Shown here piece by piece: positions 39,281 to 52,660 of a DNA stretch of 64,000 bases. The position numbers were made by a program, and so were the translations under genes. The notes under the pieces are model-generated. The model was not told where the DNA came from, ran no database searches, and saw only the letters and a list, made by a program, of their open reading frames with translations. Positions within the stretch are counted from its first letter, which is position 1; every line of letters starts with the position of its first letter. Source of the DNA: Octopus bimaculoides (taxonomy: Eukaryota); NCBI RefSeq assembly GCF_001194135.2, contig NC_068984.1, positions 54,237,678-54,301,677 of the forward strand, read 5' to 3'.

Positions 39281-42147
39281 TGTCCTTCCACAATTATTTG
39301 ATAGTCAACTAGTGAAGTAGTCAACTGTCGGCACTAGGCAAGCTTGGTGTGGAAACCAGTTGAGTCACCGACAACAAATAGTACCAGACTACATGTTACC
39401 AGTAGCACTTTTGAGCGACCGGACATCTCTCTCTCTCTCTCTCTTTCACACACACACGTTTACATATTCGTAAAACTGTGCTGGGATTCTCCGTTTGAGA
39501 TGCTTAGACTGAACATATATTCACAAAGCTGTGTATATGATATACTCACTCAAATGCACATATTTGGGCACGAAAAAAATAACATGCACACTCATTGCAT
39601 GAGCGCAGGTTTATTGATGAATGCATATAAATATGTGCACACACAAACTCATTCATATATCCACGGATACCAAGAGCTGTCTTGACTGAAACAAAAGAGT
39701 TTTGTTATTTTATTTTAGACTTGCTTGAATTCTGAAAGGGATGGAGGACTTAGATAAATCCCAAACTAAGAGCGTACAAATAGATGTTTAGAACTGAAAA
39801 TAATGCTTAACTAAACTCGGTTGTTGGCAGGTTTTTGCACTTTAAATTAATAAAAAGCGGGATATGATTTCGCTGCTTTATAAACATAGAAAGTAGAAAG
39901 ATGGCAGACAGTATAGAAAAACGAAAGCTAAAGGTAACAAAAGAAACTGTTTTGCCATCTGAGATATAGCTCAGTAGTAGAGTATCAAGCCAAGGAAAGA
40001 ACCTCTTCGTGGGCACTTGACCTGCGAGAAATAGTAACCAAATTTTCCTCAAATTTACCCTTTCGCTTAAAAGAAGGAAGGATACATACGGTAATGCAGT
40101 GCTTAAGAAAAAAAAAAGTAAAAATATAGAAAATTAACGGGATAGTCACGAACGCCTTTGATCATAAATCTATTTGTTTAGGCTAATCTGGGTCTAGCCA
40201 TCATCAACACTTGCAACAATAACTGTTTTTTCTGTCAGGACAACATAACTGTATACAAACAGAAACTAGTTTTCTCAGTAATTAAAAATAATCCAACAGG
40301 ATTTTCCAATTAAGAATATGTTGCTGTTATTTACCCTCGGGTCAAAAAATTGATTGAGTAGACTAAGGATCAAAGGCATTCCAAGCACGACCATCGTACT
40401 TCTGTAAAGCATCTAATACTATACTAGACTGTCCTTCGTTGTTTAAAACGGTAAGGGTTTGGTTTTGGAAAATTTGTTGCTATTTCTCGCAGATCGAGCA
40501 ACCACTTAAATACCCCTAATTCGTTAAGACAATATATTTGCTTAAATTAAGAAAGTTTTTCACAAAACTGTTGATTACATTTATATTATGTCCTAAGACA
40601 ACATAATCCTGACGACAACCTAATTAAAGATTCGATCTCTCGCCCTCAACATTGAAATCCTCATGATTATGAAACAAGTTTTAACAGTTATTGTAACTAC
40701 ATTGTTACCAGTAATTACCCAGCAGTTTGCATTGTAGTAAAATATGATGTCTCTTTGTGTATATTGTTAATTATCATTAATTAACTTGTCAATATCTTAA
40801 TATACATAACACCTTCTGATGCTTAGAAAAGAGACACACCCAAGTAAATATCCATAACACAACTACGAACCATTGTTGTGTTACGGATACTTGCATTTAA
40901 CTGACGTCATTAATGGAAATCGGTAATACTAAAGCATACAAACTCTAATCTTCCACATAGAGGAATTCATTAATGCATTTCTATTTCATACAATAGTCGT
41001 AACATGTTCAGATATGATCTAGTAAGATATAAACTAACCATCGTTATAGTAGTGCATGGACAATCTAATCTTTTGCCTGTCCAAAGTATTTTCATAAATT
41101 TGTCTTAAACGCCAATGCTGTTTTCAGACTTTTAGTTATCTCTTGTTTCATATGTTCTTTCATAAGTACTCAGTTACTCTGGTGGTTGAAACAAATTGGG
41201 GATGTGTATCATGTATGATGCATGGACGCAAGGGAAATATATCTTGTGTATTACGTGTGATAAGTAGGACAGGCAAAGTGTTATTCAGACGTCAGTGAAA
41301 TAGTCTTTCATAAATGGCGTAGTCTTTCATAATAAAGCGGAAGAAACATACTTCTAGAGTGCCCCCATTCGTCATGTTCAGCAATGTTGACATATTCCTT
41401 GTGGAGAATATATCGTAAAATGATTGAATGCCATGAAACGAACCATGTATAATTTATCACTAATTATAATTATGAAAGCCAAGGCACCCAAACAACATAT
41501 TTAGCAACTTCGTCTCCCCACCCACCTCCGACCGAGGGTTACATCACTGAAAAGTAGTTGGTTATGATTGCTTCCAAAATTCAAGTGATTTTACAACTCA
41601 CGTGTATCGGCATAATTTCCCTAACGTACTCCTGTCGGTATGCGTACCCCAGTTTAAGAACTCCTGTTCTAGAGTTATGCAGCATGAATCAAACATTAGA
41701 AGAGTACTGAAATATTTAAATCTTATAGACACGTTTTAATAAAGACATACCTATTCGCGCATTAAATGTTTAGGACAAATTTCATCCAAAATTTAGACAC
41801 GTGCACTAGTAGTTACAAAATATTTCATCTCACACACAAACAAGAAACGTCTGCTTGAGCAAACTACCAAAGAAACTTTTCCCTTGGTTGTCGTTCTACC
41901 TGCCACAAATAACAGTCAAATTTCGACTGTATGAAAGAAAAACCTTAGCTGATGTGCTTGTGGTAGTCCTGGATTTAGACATGAAATTCCGAGCTATATA
42001 AAAGCATGGAGATTTTTATTCAAAAGTTACACACAAAAATCTCACAGAAGTTAAAAACGCATATGCTTTTCAATTATTCTGAGGACCCTGCTGATTGTGA
42101 GGTTCTAAACTGTAGTTTGTTTAGCCTATGCCTAAATCTGGCACAGT

Positions 42148-42519
42148 GTGGAGGCGCAATGGTCCAGTGGTTAGGACAGCGGACTCGCGGTTTCGATTCC
42201 CAGACCGGGCGTTGTGAGTGTTTATTGAGCGAAAACACCTAAAAGCTCCACGAGGCTCCGGCAGGGGATGGTGGCGAACTCTGCTGTACACTTTCACCAC
42301 AACTTTCTCTCACTCTTACTTCCTGTTTCTGTTGTGCCTGTAATACAAAGGGTCAGCCTTGTCACTGTGTCACGCTGAATATCCCCGAGAACTACGTTAA
42401 GGGTACACGTGTCTGTGGATTGCTCAGCCACTTGCACGTTAATTTCACGAACAGGCTGTTCCGTTGATCGGATCGACTGGAACCCTCGACGTCGTAAGCG
42501 ACGGAGTGCCAACAAACAA
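42148..42519 (+). mobile_element. SINE family A, full length
   Basis: Same head, body and gtcgtaagcgacggagtgccaac tail. Confidence 0.9.
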
Positions 42520-43384
42520 ACTATTAGTAGTTATTGTTGTAATTGTCTGGCCCTGGGTTTGTCCTGATTGAACAACTGGAAAGACCATCGCGCCTTTTTT
42601 AGGATTACATTATGTAATGTATCATTTTTCTATTTAAGAGGATAAGGCATTTTTTGAGAGAGATATTTGGCTACTGTTGCCAGCATGTCGAGCGACATCG
42701 TCAGTTCATTGAAGTGGTCGGTAAACGTAAAGCTTTGAGTAGCTAATAGTCTAATAACGTTTATGAGAATTATATGAATTGGTAACGCGTATGATTAAGA
42801 TGTTTAAACAACTTCACTCGTGTATGTTCTAGTGCTACTGGCCTAAGATGGACATTAGAGTTGCTTGCCTTTTATAATCGAACAATGTACGAGTAGTGCA
42901 TACACTGGAATTTATAAGTGTATTTGTGCACGCGTATATTGATGCTTACTGAAGACTATATTATTCCCGTCTATCTATAAGTCTAATTCTTAGCAGCTTG
43001 TGTGCGCGCGTGTGTGTCTTTTATGTTTTACTTGTTTCAATCTTTGAACTGTAGCCATGCTGGGGCACTGCCTTGGCCCCAGTGCTTATTTTTAAAGCCT
43101 GGTACTTATTCTATTGAACTCTTTTGCCAGACCGCTAGGTTACAGGGACGTAAACAAACTAGCACTGGTTGCCAAGCAGTGGTGGATGACAAATACAAAC
43201 ACAAAGATACACACACACATTATATGACGAAGGATTAATCCCAAGTGGCTATCTGTTTTCCTATGTGTTCGTTCTGTTGTCTGTAGTTCATTTTTCTAAC
43301 GTCCTGTACCCTGATATGCATCTATATACACATGTAGATGTAAGTTTGTACATATATGTGGGTATACATGCATACATATTCTTT

Positions 43385-43498
<114 letters not shown>

Positions 43499-44835
43499 AC
43501 ATCTGACTGCTTTCAATTTCCATCAACCAAATCCACTCAGAAGGCTTTAGTCGTCCTGGAGCGGGCTCGCAGTGAGACTGAACTGAAGACCGCACGGCTC
43601 GAAAGCATGCTTTTTTAAATCCAGGCCGTATTAATGTTTTGTTATGTTATCCGACTGCTATGTGTACTGATGAAAGGTGAAAAATATTAAATATCTACTA
43701 AACTGTTTCGTGATTCAGCTTTAAATGTCAGCTGCTTCTAGTCTTTAAAGGAAGTTTTGAGACAACTTTCAACATGAGATAACCACGCCTCCTAAATAAC
43801 ACTCGATGGCCATGAACCCGTCTATTAAGATCTCTTCACCATCATGTATCCAAAAACAGTTTTCCTGAGACCTTCCTATTTACAACCATGCGGTTTCTGG
43901 TTCAGTCCCAGTACCCGGCCCCTTGGATAAGAGTCTTTTACTGTAGCTCTGGACCAACTAATACCTTTTAAGTGGATTTAGTAAACGGAAACTGTGGTAG
44001 CCCGTCATATCTTTTACCTTTTATCTCTCACTTGTTTCATTCATTAGACTGTGGCCATGCTAGGGTCCAGTCTTGAATAACTTTTAGTTGAATGAATCAA
44101 CACCAGCACACACACACTAGTGACTCCGAAGTTTCGGCCAACTATGCTTAATTGGCCGAAACTTCGTAGTCACTGTCAATACTGTATTGTTAAAGAATAA
44201 ATTGTACTCTACCAAATCTATTGAATAATCCTTCAATTTCATGTAAAACAAATTCATGCATACGCAGTGTGTGTGTCTTCTCCACTCCCTGTCAACCAGT
44301 GGTGGTTTGTTTACGTCCACATAACTTAGTGGTCCGGCGTAAGAGACCAATAGAATGTGTTATTGACAACCAAACCCTTCAAGGCGATGCACCAGCATGT
44401 CCCCAGTCCAGTGACTGAAACGACCCATAAAAGATATGAAGGTGATTAGTACGCTTTGTAGCTTTTTATTATTTTCCCATGTGATCGCTCAACTTGCTTG
44501 AAATATCTGCCAAATCTCCCTCAAATTACATTCAAATTACATCTTTCAAAACAATCTAAGAACACACTGTACAATGTAATCTCAGACACGCCATCTCAAG
44601 ATCGACAGGCGGCGAGCTAACAGAATCGTTGGCACGTCGGACAAAATGCCACGTGGTGCTATTTCTTCCGACTCGTATTCTGCGTTAAAATTCCGTTGAG
44701 GTCAACTTGGCCTTTCATACTTCCGGGGGTTGATGTAATCGACTTCTCCTTCCTCCTTAAAACTGCTGGTTTTGTGTCTAAATCAGAGACTATTATTATT
44801 TATATTAAATATGAATTAGAAGCAGCTCGTGGTAT

Positions 44836-45232
44836 ATAAACAAAATTGAACACACAGAAGGTGTGTGTTGTTAGTTCGTCGGGCGGTCGCGGTTTTTAGG
44901 CGTGAAAGGATATATTCTCAATGCCCTTGGTGTAAAACACCTGAAAGTAAGTCATAGACAAGCGAGACAACTTACATCAAGTCTCTTTTTCTCGGAGCGA
45001 CAGACATCAATGTTTCGTCATTTTGTTAAGTCAAAATGATGACAAAACATCGATGTCTGTCGCTCCGAAAAAAAATGGGATTTGATGTAATTTGTCTCGC
45101 TTGTTTATGACTTACTTTCAGGTGTTTTATACCAAGGATATCGAGAATATATTCTCTTACGCCTAAAAACCGCAGCCGCCAGACGATCTAACAACACACA
45201 CACCTTGTGTATGTGTGCTCGATTTTGTTTAT
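44836..45232. mobile_element. Large foldback/palindromic element, arms about 190 bp, 6-bp loop
   Basis: Arms pair along their length (e.g. cctgaaagtaagtcata/tatgacttactttcagg, cggagcgacagacatc/gatgtctgtcgctccg); centre cattttg-ttaagt-caaaatg at 45019-45038. Confidence 0.85.
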
Positions 45233-46678
45233 TATTTATATTACTTTATATTTTGCACAAAAATTTCATTTGCATAAACATCGACTGGATTTAACTATCA
45301 TTATTCTAATAATTGATGGCAAGGACGGTGGGTTTAGGCCAAGATATTTGTTGTTGTTGTTGTGGTTGCTATTGTTACGGTCAAAAAATTTCCAACTGTA
45401 ACCGTTATGTTTTGTTTTTTTTCTTTTGTCTGGGGTACATGTTTCAGTGTCTCTTTCCTTTCTTTAAAATGGTTTAGTGCGATATCAAGGAAATTTGACA
45501 GTTATTTCTAGTAGGTTGAACGGGTGCGTAGAGGCTCTCTTGTCGGCTCTGACTTTGTCAGTAGAAAAATGTCATTAATTCAGATTTATGAGTCAAGCAG
45601 AAGTATGTCTCATATTTTATGTCAAGAAGAAATAGTGAGTTATAAATCATCAAGACAATAATAAAATCTTTACTTTTTTCTGCCACTGAAGTGCGGCCAT
45701 GCTAGAGCATCTTTCGCAGGTTTAGTCAAACAAATCAACCTGAATACTTAGTTTTTTTAAGTTTGATACTTATTCTATCGGTTAATTTGCCGAACCGCTA
45801 AGTTGCTGGGACGCTAAGCGGTGGGGTGGACAAACACAAATACAAGCATATACATATACACGGACACTCACACACTTAAACACATACCCAAGGTGTTGGT
45901 CAGTCCAGAGCTACAGTCGAAGACTCTTGCTTTAGGTGCTGCGCACGTGGTTGCACGAAAATCGGTTGTTGTTTTTGTTGTGTAACTCAAGTCAGCTTTG
46001 AATGAGCAGACCTATGGTACACACTTTGTCCACTGGATGACTATATACAACTTCCAGATATCCCATACTATGTATCCACCTAACTTAGGACTAATGTGCA
46101 CACTGCGACAGGTACTTATTTCATATCTGTTGCAGTTTGACAATTGGACATGTTTTTCTATAGCAACAATTATATTCAATTTCCTTCTCTACACCTGTTA
46201 TTCCTGCTCTTATTGTAGTTGCTTAGCCCCAGATCATCTTTGATCAAGCAGATACGATGAAGGGTATGACCTTTAGTATTTTTTCTTCTTTCTCGGCAAT
46301 ATCTAAGACAGCCTTATTCATTGGAGTCCTTCATAAGGCAGTAGAATGTTATTTGAGGGAGATCTGGCTGCCACTTTCAGTTGGTCAAGAGACTATGAAA
46401 ACTTGAATAACTTATATTTCTGTACGCCTTGTCTCCCACCTGTCTCTGAGGCCCTGAAAATGGTCACAGACGTGGCTCTTACTCCCTAGTGATAAAATGT
46501 GATTAGGACACACTGTTGTCCACGCATATGTATATATGATTATTCTTCTAGCCTAATACGTATCTCATTGAACAATTAGTAACCTGGTATCGAAAGTGAT
46601 GTTGGCATTTATTGATTGTTCTCCCGCGATGTCTGTTTATCGTCTATTTAATATGCATATATTAATTTGGTCTTACAG

Positions 46679-46882
46679 ATCTCCTCCTGGACAACCTAAT
46701 AAACTGTAAACTCCTTGAAGAGTGTATGCGAGATACAATACGATCAACCGTCGTCCGACCACACGTCCATCAGCACACTAAACGCAAGAAGAGCGTTATT
46801 CCCGCTAATGATGACCAGAGATTCCGAAAAACCGTAAAAAGAACGTTTTCAGAAATTGGACGTCAATTCTCAGGAAATTTCA
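46679..46882 (+). CDS. SLC4A8/SLC4A10-like: SLC4 exon C: (D)LLLDNLINCKLLEECMRDTIRSTVVRPHVHQHTKRKKSVIPANDDQRFRKTVKRTFSEIGRQFSGNF(K)
   Basis: Acceptor tcttacag, donor A|gtatgt, 204 nt, phase 1 to 1, open frame. H-x-HQ and 'R..F.EIG' resemble SLC4 N-terminal domain sequence. Missing from the ORF track because it has no start codon in range. Confidence 0.9.
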
Positions 46883-47384
46883 GTATGTAATCTTTTATTC
46901 TTTTGCGCTTTTTTCTAATTTCAATCATGTGACTGCGGCCGTTTTTGAGATCCCGTTTTGAAAGATTTTAGCCTATTATATCGACTTCAGTACTTATGAC
47001 TCATTTTTCAATCTTTAGTTATCGAAACTCTAAGGTACAGTTTTAACATAAAGAGGTGCAACAAGAAGATCGGTTTCTTTAGTCAGTTTAAACGTAAAAG
47101 AGACTTACACGCACGCGTGCAGTCACGCACACACACAAACACACACGTATGCAAACGCATACACAAGACAGGCTTTTGTACAACTGCCATCTGCCACATT
47201 TCACTCAGAGGGCATTGGTCAACGCGACGTCACAAAACATACTTGTTCAATCCGCCAATATATCTCACATTCAGATAAAGGACTTTTGAACCACACAGTC
47301 ACACCTGCGACTTTGTTCATATACATATCTATTTCCCTTTAATATGTGTGTGTGTAAACTACATACATATTGATAAGCCACAAA

Positions 47385-47703
47385 AATAGCGAAATATCGA
47401 TAGCCATCACTCCTGAATGGGATCAGGGGCGAGTCGTCTCGCCTGTCTATGACTTTCTGGCGTTTTACCAGTGTGACAAGGCTGACCCTTTGAAATACAG
47501 GTATAACAGAAACAGGAAGAAAGATGGAGAGAAAGTTGTGGTGAAAGAGTACAGCAAGGTCCGCCACCATCCCCTGCCGGAGCCTCGTGGTGCTTTAGGT
47601 GTTTTTGCTCAATAAACACTCACAACACCCGGTTTGGGAATCGAAACCGCGATCCTATGACCGCGAGTCCGCTGCCCTAACCACTGGGCCATTGCGCCTC
47701 CAC
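47385..47703 (-). mobile_element. SINE family A head and body with a different 3' tail
   Basis: Matches family A from 47703 down to about 47466, then switches to unrelated sequence. Confidence 0.8.
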
Positions 47704-48599
47704 ACAGTAACATAATAAACGATCTAATACACTGTGTTACATAAATTTTGTAATTCATTATTTTAGGAGAAAGCAATGTTTGTTCCAAGTCAAGTACTAA
47801 AGTTGATTTAATCGACTACACCCGAAATAGTTGGCTTTGAACCAATATTAGAAATCATCAAGGCAGCGAGCTGGCAGAATCGTTAGCACGTTGGGCAAAA
47901 TGCTTAGTGGCATTTCGTCTGTCTTTACGTTCTGAGTTCAAATTCCACCGAGGTCGATTTTGCCTTTCATCCTTTTTTGGTCGATAAAATAAGTACTAGT
48001 TGGGCACTCGGATTGATGTAATCGACTTACTCCCTTCCCCCAAATTGCTGCTTAGTGCCAATATTAGAAATCACTATTTTCGCGATTTCATGCATTCAAA
48101 TATTTAGCAGAATTATTCAAACCTTTTATAGAAAAAAAAAATTGCATGTGATTACACTTTTGTGCATTGAACTCACTAAAGATTTGGAGTAACATCAGAG
48201 ATAAACTAGCTTCTGGTTTATAGCATTTTTTCTTTTTATATGCAATTTTCTTATTCCAAAAGTTCTCTAGAATTAAAATATAATCTTTCAACATGTGTAC
48301 TTGCCATTATACCAAACATCAAAGAATTATTGTTCTTCATATTACCATTTACTTTTTTGTTTCTATTTATGTTGTATTTTATTTGTGACCAACATTTGTA
48401 ATGTTACAAGTAAAGACAATGCTTGGAGGACAAAATATCGGTCATTAATTAAAAGATATCTGTTATTTGTTCAACGACTTAGCAGCGGAAACATGATGAA
48501 CCAAAAGCATTACAAAAAAAAAAAAAAATATTAGCTAGTTGAAAGTAGATTGATGTATTTGTACCTGTAAACAATAATTTTGCTTTTATTTTATCGTAG

Positions 48600-48721
48600 A
48601 GGGTTCGAGTCATTCAACCTTGGCCCCAACGAAACCAGACTCTTTACTAAAAGGAATCAACAGTAGCCCAAATATTGAAATGATGAATGGTGGACTTCCA
48701 GAGTCAGCATCTTCGCTAAAG
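48600..48721 (+). CDS. SLC4A8/SLC4A10-like: SLC4 exon D (variable loop): (K)GSSHSTLAPTKPDSLLKGINSSPNIEMMNGGLPESASSLK
   Basis: Acceptor ttttatcgtag, donor AAG|gtagtg, 122 nt. Phase 1 to 0 exactly bridges exon C (ends phase 1) and exon E (starts phase 0). Ser/Pro-rich like the SLC4 variable region. Confidence 0.82.
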
Positions 48722-50699
48722 GTAGTGTCATTCTTGTCATTGTCACCTTCATTCGTCACTGTTGTTGTTTTTAGCATCCCTTTCAAACGCCAAGAGTAAA
48801 TGACACATTCTACCAGTATACGAAATTTGAAAGTGTTTAGTTACAAAAAATTATTTTTTCTATGTGCCGGCCAAAAGGAAAAGATCTCTCAATGGGTATT
48901 CATTTTATCGATTTCGATGGAATTTGAACTCAGAACATAAGGACAGACGAAATACCACTAAGCATTTCACCCGGCTTGCTAACGATTCTGCCAGCTCGTC
49001 GCCTTAATAGTAATAGTAATAATGGAAACATTCCTAAAACACAGGTCACACCTTGAAGAGAGAGGGCATATCATTCCTAAGAATTGTTAGAATGAAACAA
49101 AGAAAATATTAAAGATCGCCAGTAGGTTTATGTCAAGTTTAAAACCCAGTATTATGGGATAAGTTTTTGTGAGTATAGTGTTATTGCTGTCTGTTTAATT
49201 GAAAAATGCAATTGAAATGAATTAAACATTAAGACATTATATGTTAGGATGATGTCTTAAGGGATACAACTGTGAAGTTCTTATCAATCAATTCAGGTAT
49301 ATTAAAATTACATGTTTTGTGTGTGAGGTTGTTCCCTCGTCTCTAACTATATAACGATTGTAGATATGGTTGAATAGCTTGAACAGTAGTGTTTGCATGG
49401 TCTATATAGGCAGTGCAAATTGATTTCGTCTGCATATGTAATGAGCTTCGTACTATGAGACAATGTCTAAACCTATAAACTGAAGATAGCGGATGTAACG
49501 ATTTGTGCAGCATTTGACTGAGAAGGTATGCAGTTCTTAAGTTGGAAGTCACCAAAACTGTAATGAATTTTGCGCACATGTTTGCATGTCGGTGTCACCG
49601 AAATTGTAACTATTTGTATGCAGCAAATAAATGAGAAGTAAAATATTATCTGAAATGGGTTTTTATTTTCATCGTTACTATGTAAGATACAATTTTTTCG
49701 AGTTGTGGTTATACTGTTATCTATTCTGTAGGTTGTTCATCTTTTGTTGATTGCTAGAACAGATGGAAAAATGAGAGAGAAAGAGTAAGAAAATTTAGAC
49801 AAATAGAGATGGTGAGAGTTGTGCAGTCGCTCGATAATTAATCATAAGTGAAGGGAGTAAAAGAGATGCTCTTCGGTTAGGTACTATGGGTTCTGTATTT
49901 ATATTTTTCCTCACTAACTATGATCAGGCTAGATAAAAAAATTTCTTTTCTCCTTTCGGCCTTGACCTAAGTTTCACTCGAAAAGTTACAAGTCAGCAGT
50001 TGACACTCATAAGTTTCCTAGTGCAAAAGCCGAGAACTGTTAGAAAGAAACTGGTTAAAAAATGCAGATTTGCTTTCGAATCCTGGCTTAGAATGTAGGA
50101 AGTTATTCGTTATATGGATAACAGGAATCTGCCTTAAGAGCTGTGTTTTGGGGTGTGTCTCTTCGAATCACTTTGTTGTCTTTGACGTAATATCAGTTAT
50201 CTGCTACAAAAGTTAAAAATGCTAAATTGGGACCTAATCTTACTTTCAGAAGCTAAGATGGCGGACGAAGGTATAACAAAATTCCATAGGGATATCCTGG
50301 TTATTTAATAAAGGTGAAACAAATGAACAAACAAGCTAAGAAGGTAGTTGGTATCTTAGCGAGCAAAAGAGCAGAAAATTATGGCTCATATTCAAATAGT
50401 TAACTCTATGTAACAACAATTTCAGAAAGGTGAGACCATGTTAGTCTTTTAACAGTGAGAGTTGCGTTGAAGAATAAAGTTGATTTGAGCTCCAATGTGT
50501 GTAGATAAAGGAAGAAACAAAAATCTGTGATTTATTCAATCTGTTAAAGAGCATTAACACGCAAAGCTGCTGAGATACATCTTGAAGGAACAACCAAGAA
50601 AATATACACAATGGTTTAACATGCAGATGGTATATAATGATGATGTCAGCGATATAGAATAGGAAAACAAATACGAAACATAATTTCTGCTGGTGGACA

Positions 50700-51000
50700 G
50701 GAATAAACGTACGCGTCTAAGGATAGTTGAGGCTGCCTGCGAAATAAACTTGCTCTCTGCCGAATATCCGAACATGATCGAGCAAACCCACCTCACTAAA
50801 GAAATAGCTGGAAAGGTTCCGTTATATAGCTGGCGGTAGGCTCCCAGCGAAGAGACTTAAAATTGGCGCGCGTGGCTGGTCTGGCAAGTGATCTGATTGA
50901 CTAGCTTAAAGCATTCAATTGGCACGAACGGATTTGTCAATGTGTGAACCGGTCATGTGATCACTCGCAGAAAACAAGCGTACACGCCGTTATGAACCTA
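50700..51000. promoter_or_regulatory. CpG-rich promoter-like patch (E2F-like TTGGCGCGC, ATTGG boxes, GTCATGTGATC E-box)
   Basis: Non-repetitive, locally CpG-dense, upstream of the CpG-depleted domain. Confidence 0.4.
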
Positions 51001-52279
51001 TTTAGGCCTAAACAAATTGTGAACATATACTTGCTACAGTCTCACAGCTGTGTACACTAACAATAAATTAAGAAGAGACGTGGAGATGGCATAGAATGAT
51101 GGCTTAGTTGGTTGAAGCTTCGAAGTCACTGTCAATTCTATTCTTTTTAAAGAATAATAAATTTGCACTCAGCACAAGGTGTTGAATAATTCTTTAGTTT
51201 AAAGTAAAAAGATTTCTATTATAACTCGACATTAAGGCGACGAGCTGACAGAATCGTTCGCACGCCGGACAAAACGCTTAGCGGCATGTTCTGATTTCAA
51301 ATTCCACCTAGGGTTGACTTTATCTTTCATACTTAAGAGGTTGAAGAAATAACTGCTAATCGAGCACTGGGGGTGGGGGTGATCTATATAATCGACAAGC
51401 CCCTTACCCCTGAATTTCAGGCTTTGATATATCCGTCCAACCGATGCCAGCATGGAAAACGGACGTCAAATGATGATGATGATGATGATGATACATATAC
51501 ATCACGTGATGATACATTAACCTAACTTGCATATTCCACGTCTTCCTCTCTGTCTCTCTCACACAGACACAAATGCAAGCATAGGAGAAAGTGAATGATA
51601 CAAAGAAAGAGAAAGAGAGTGTGTGAGTAAGTGAGTGATACAAAGAGAGAGAGAGAGAGAGAGAGCGAGAGAATATGCTTACTCAACGCATCTTCATAAT
51701 CACATCACCGTAATCATCATCACTATCAAAACTACCACCACCGCCACCACTGCCATCATCATCATCGTCGTCGTCTTCATCATTATTGACATTGTTTCTA
51801 AAGGCGTGGAGTGAAGTTTTCGAACTTCGTGAAATTTTCTTTCGGGGTCAATGGGGAAAGCAGTTTATGAAATAATGTCAGCACTGTACACATTCAGATA
51901 TTTTATCATTTTACACTTATTTATTTAGCATGCATTCCAGTCTTTAATTAATCGTACAGCTGGCATAATAAATCGCGGCTACAACGAAACAGCTAATAGT
52001 TTACCAGTTGAAATAAAAAGAAAGTAACCTAATTTAAAACTAATAAATATCAGTGTTGTTATTAGAGTTGCAGTTGTTGATGTTTAACACCAGGTCATCC
52101 CTGATCAAGCAGACAGACGTATGAACAGGGATGTATTAATCCTGGTCATCGCGTCTTGTTTTTATTTTGTTTTCTCAAGCGTAATGTCTCTTCGACTAAG
52201 TTATGTGTCCTTCCTTCTTTTTTTAAGGTAGTTGGCAGGGGTGGACTGAGCCGTCAGTCAATCGGACCCCCGCACTACA

Positions 52280-52660
52280 TGTTGTTGTTGTTGTTGGCAC
52301 TCCGTCGCTTACGACATCGAAGATTCAAGTTGATCCGATCAACGGAACAGACTGCTCGTAAAATTAACATACAAGTGTTGCTGAGCACTCCACAGACACG
52401 TGTACCCTTAACGTAGTTCTCGGGGATATTCAGCGTAACACAATGTTACAAGGCTGACCCTTTGAATTACAGGCACAACAGAAACAGGAAGTAACAGTGA
52501 GGGAAAGTTGTGGTGGAAGAGTACAGCAGAGTTCGCCACCATCCATCCCCTTTAGGTATTTTCACTCAATAAACACTCACAACGCCTCGTCTGGGAATCG
52601 AAACTGCGATCCTATGACCGCGAGTCCGCTGTCCTAACCACTGGGCCATTGCGCCTCCAC
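52280..52660 (-). mobile_element. SINE family A, full length with small internal deletion
   Basis: Reverse-complement copy with (TTG)n at its left end. Confidence 0.9.

Noticed and set aside
43580-43610. CTGAAGA-CCG-CA-CGG-CTC-GAAA
   Set aside because: Lies in a degenerate SINE B head, with extra bases before GAAA and no stem I; coincidence.
50713-50777. Possible minus-strand first exon MFGYSAESKFISQAASTILRR|gtacgt
   Set aside because: No downstream minus-strand exons recognised, and CpG depletion extends rightward, not leftward.
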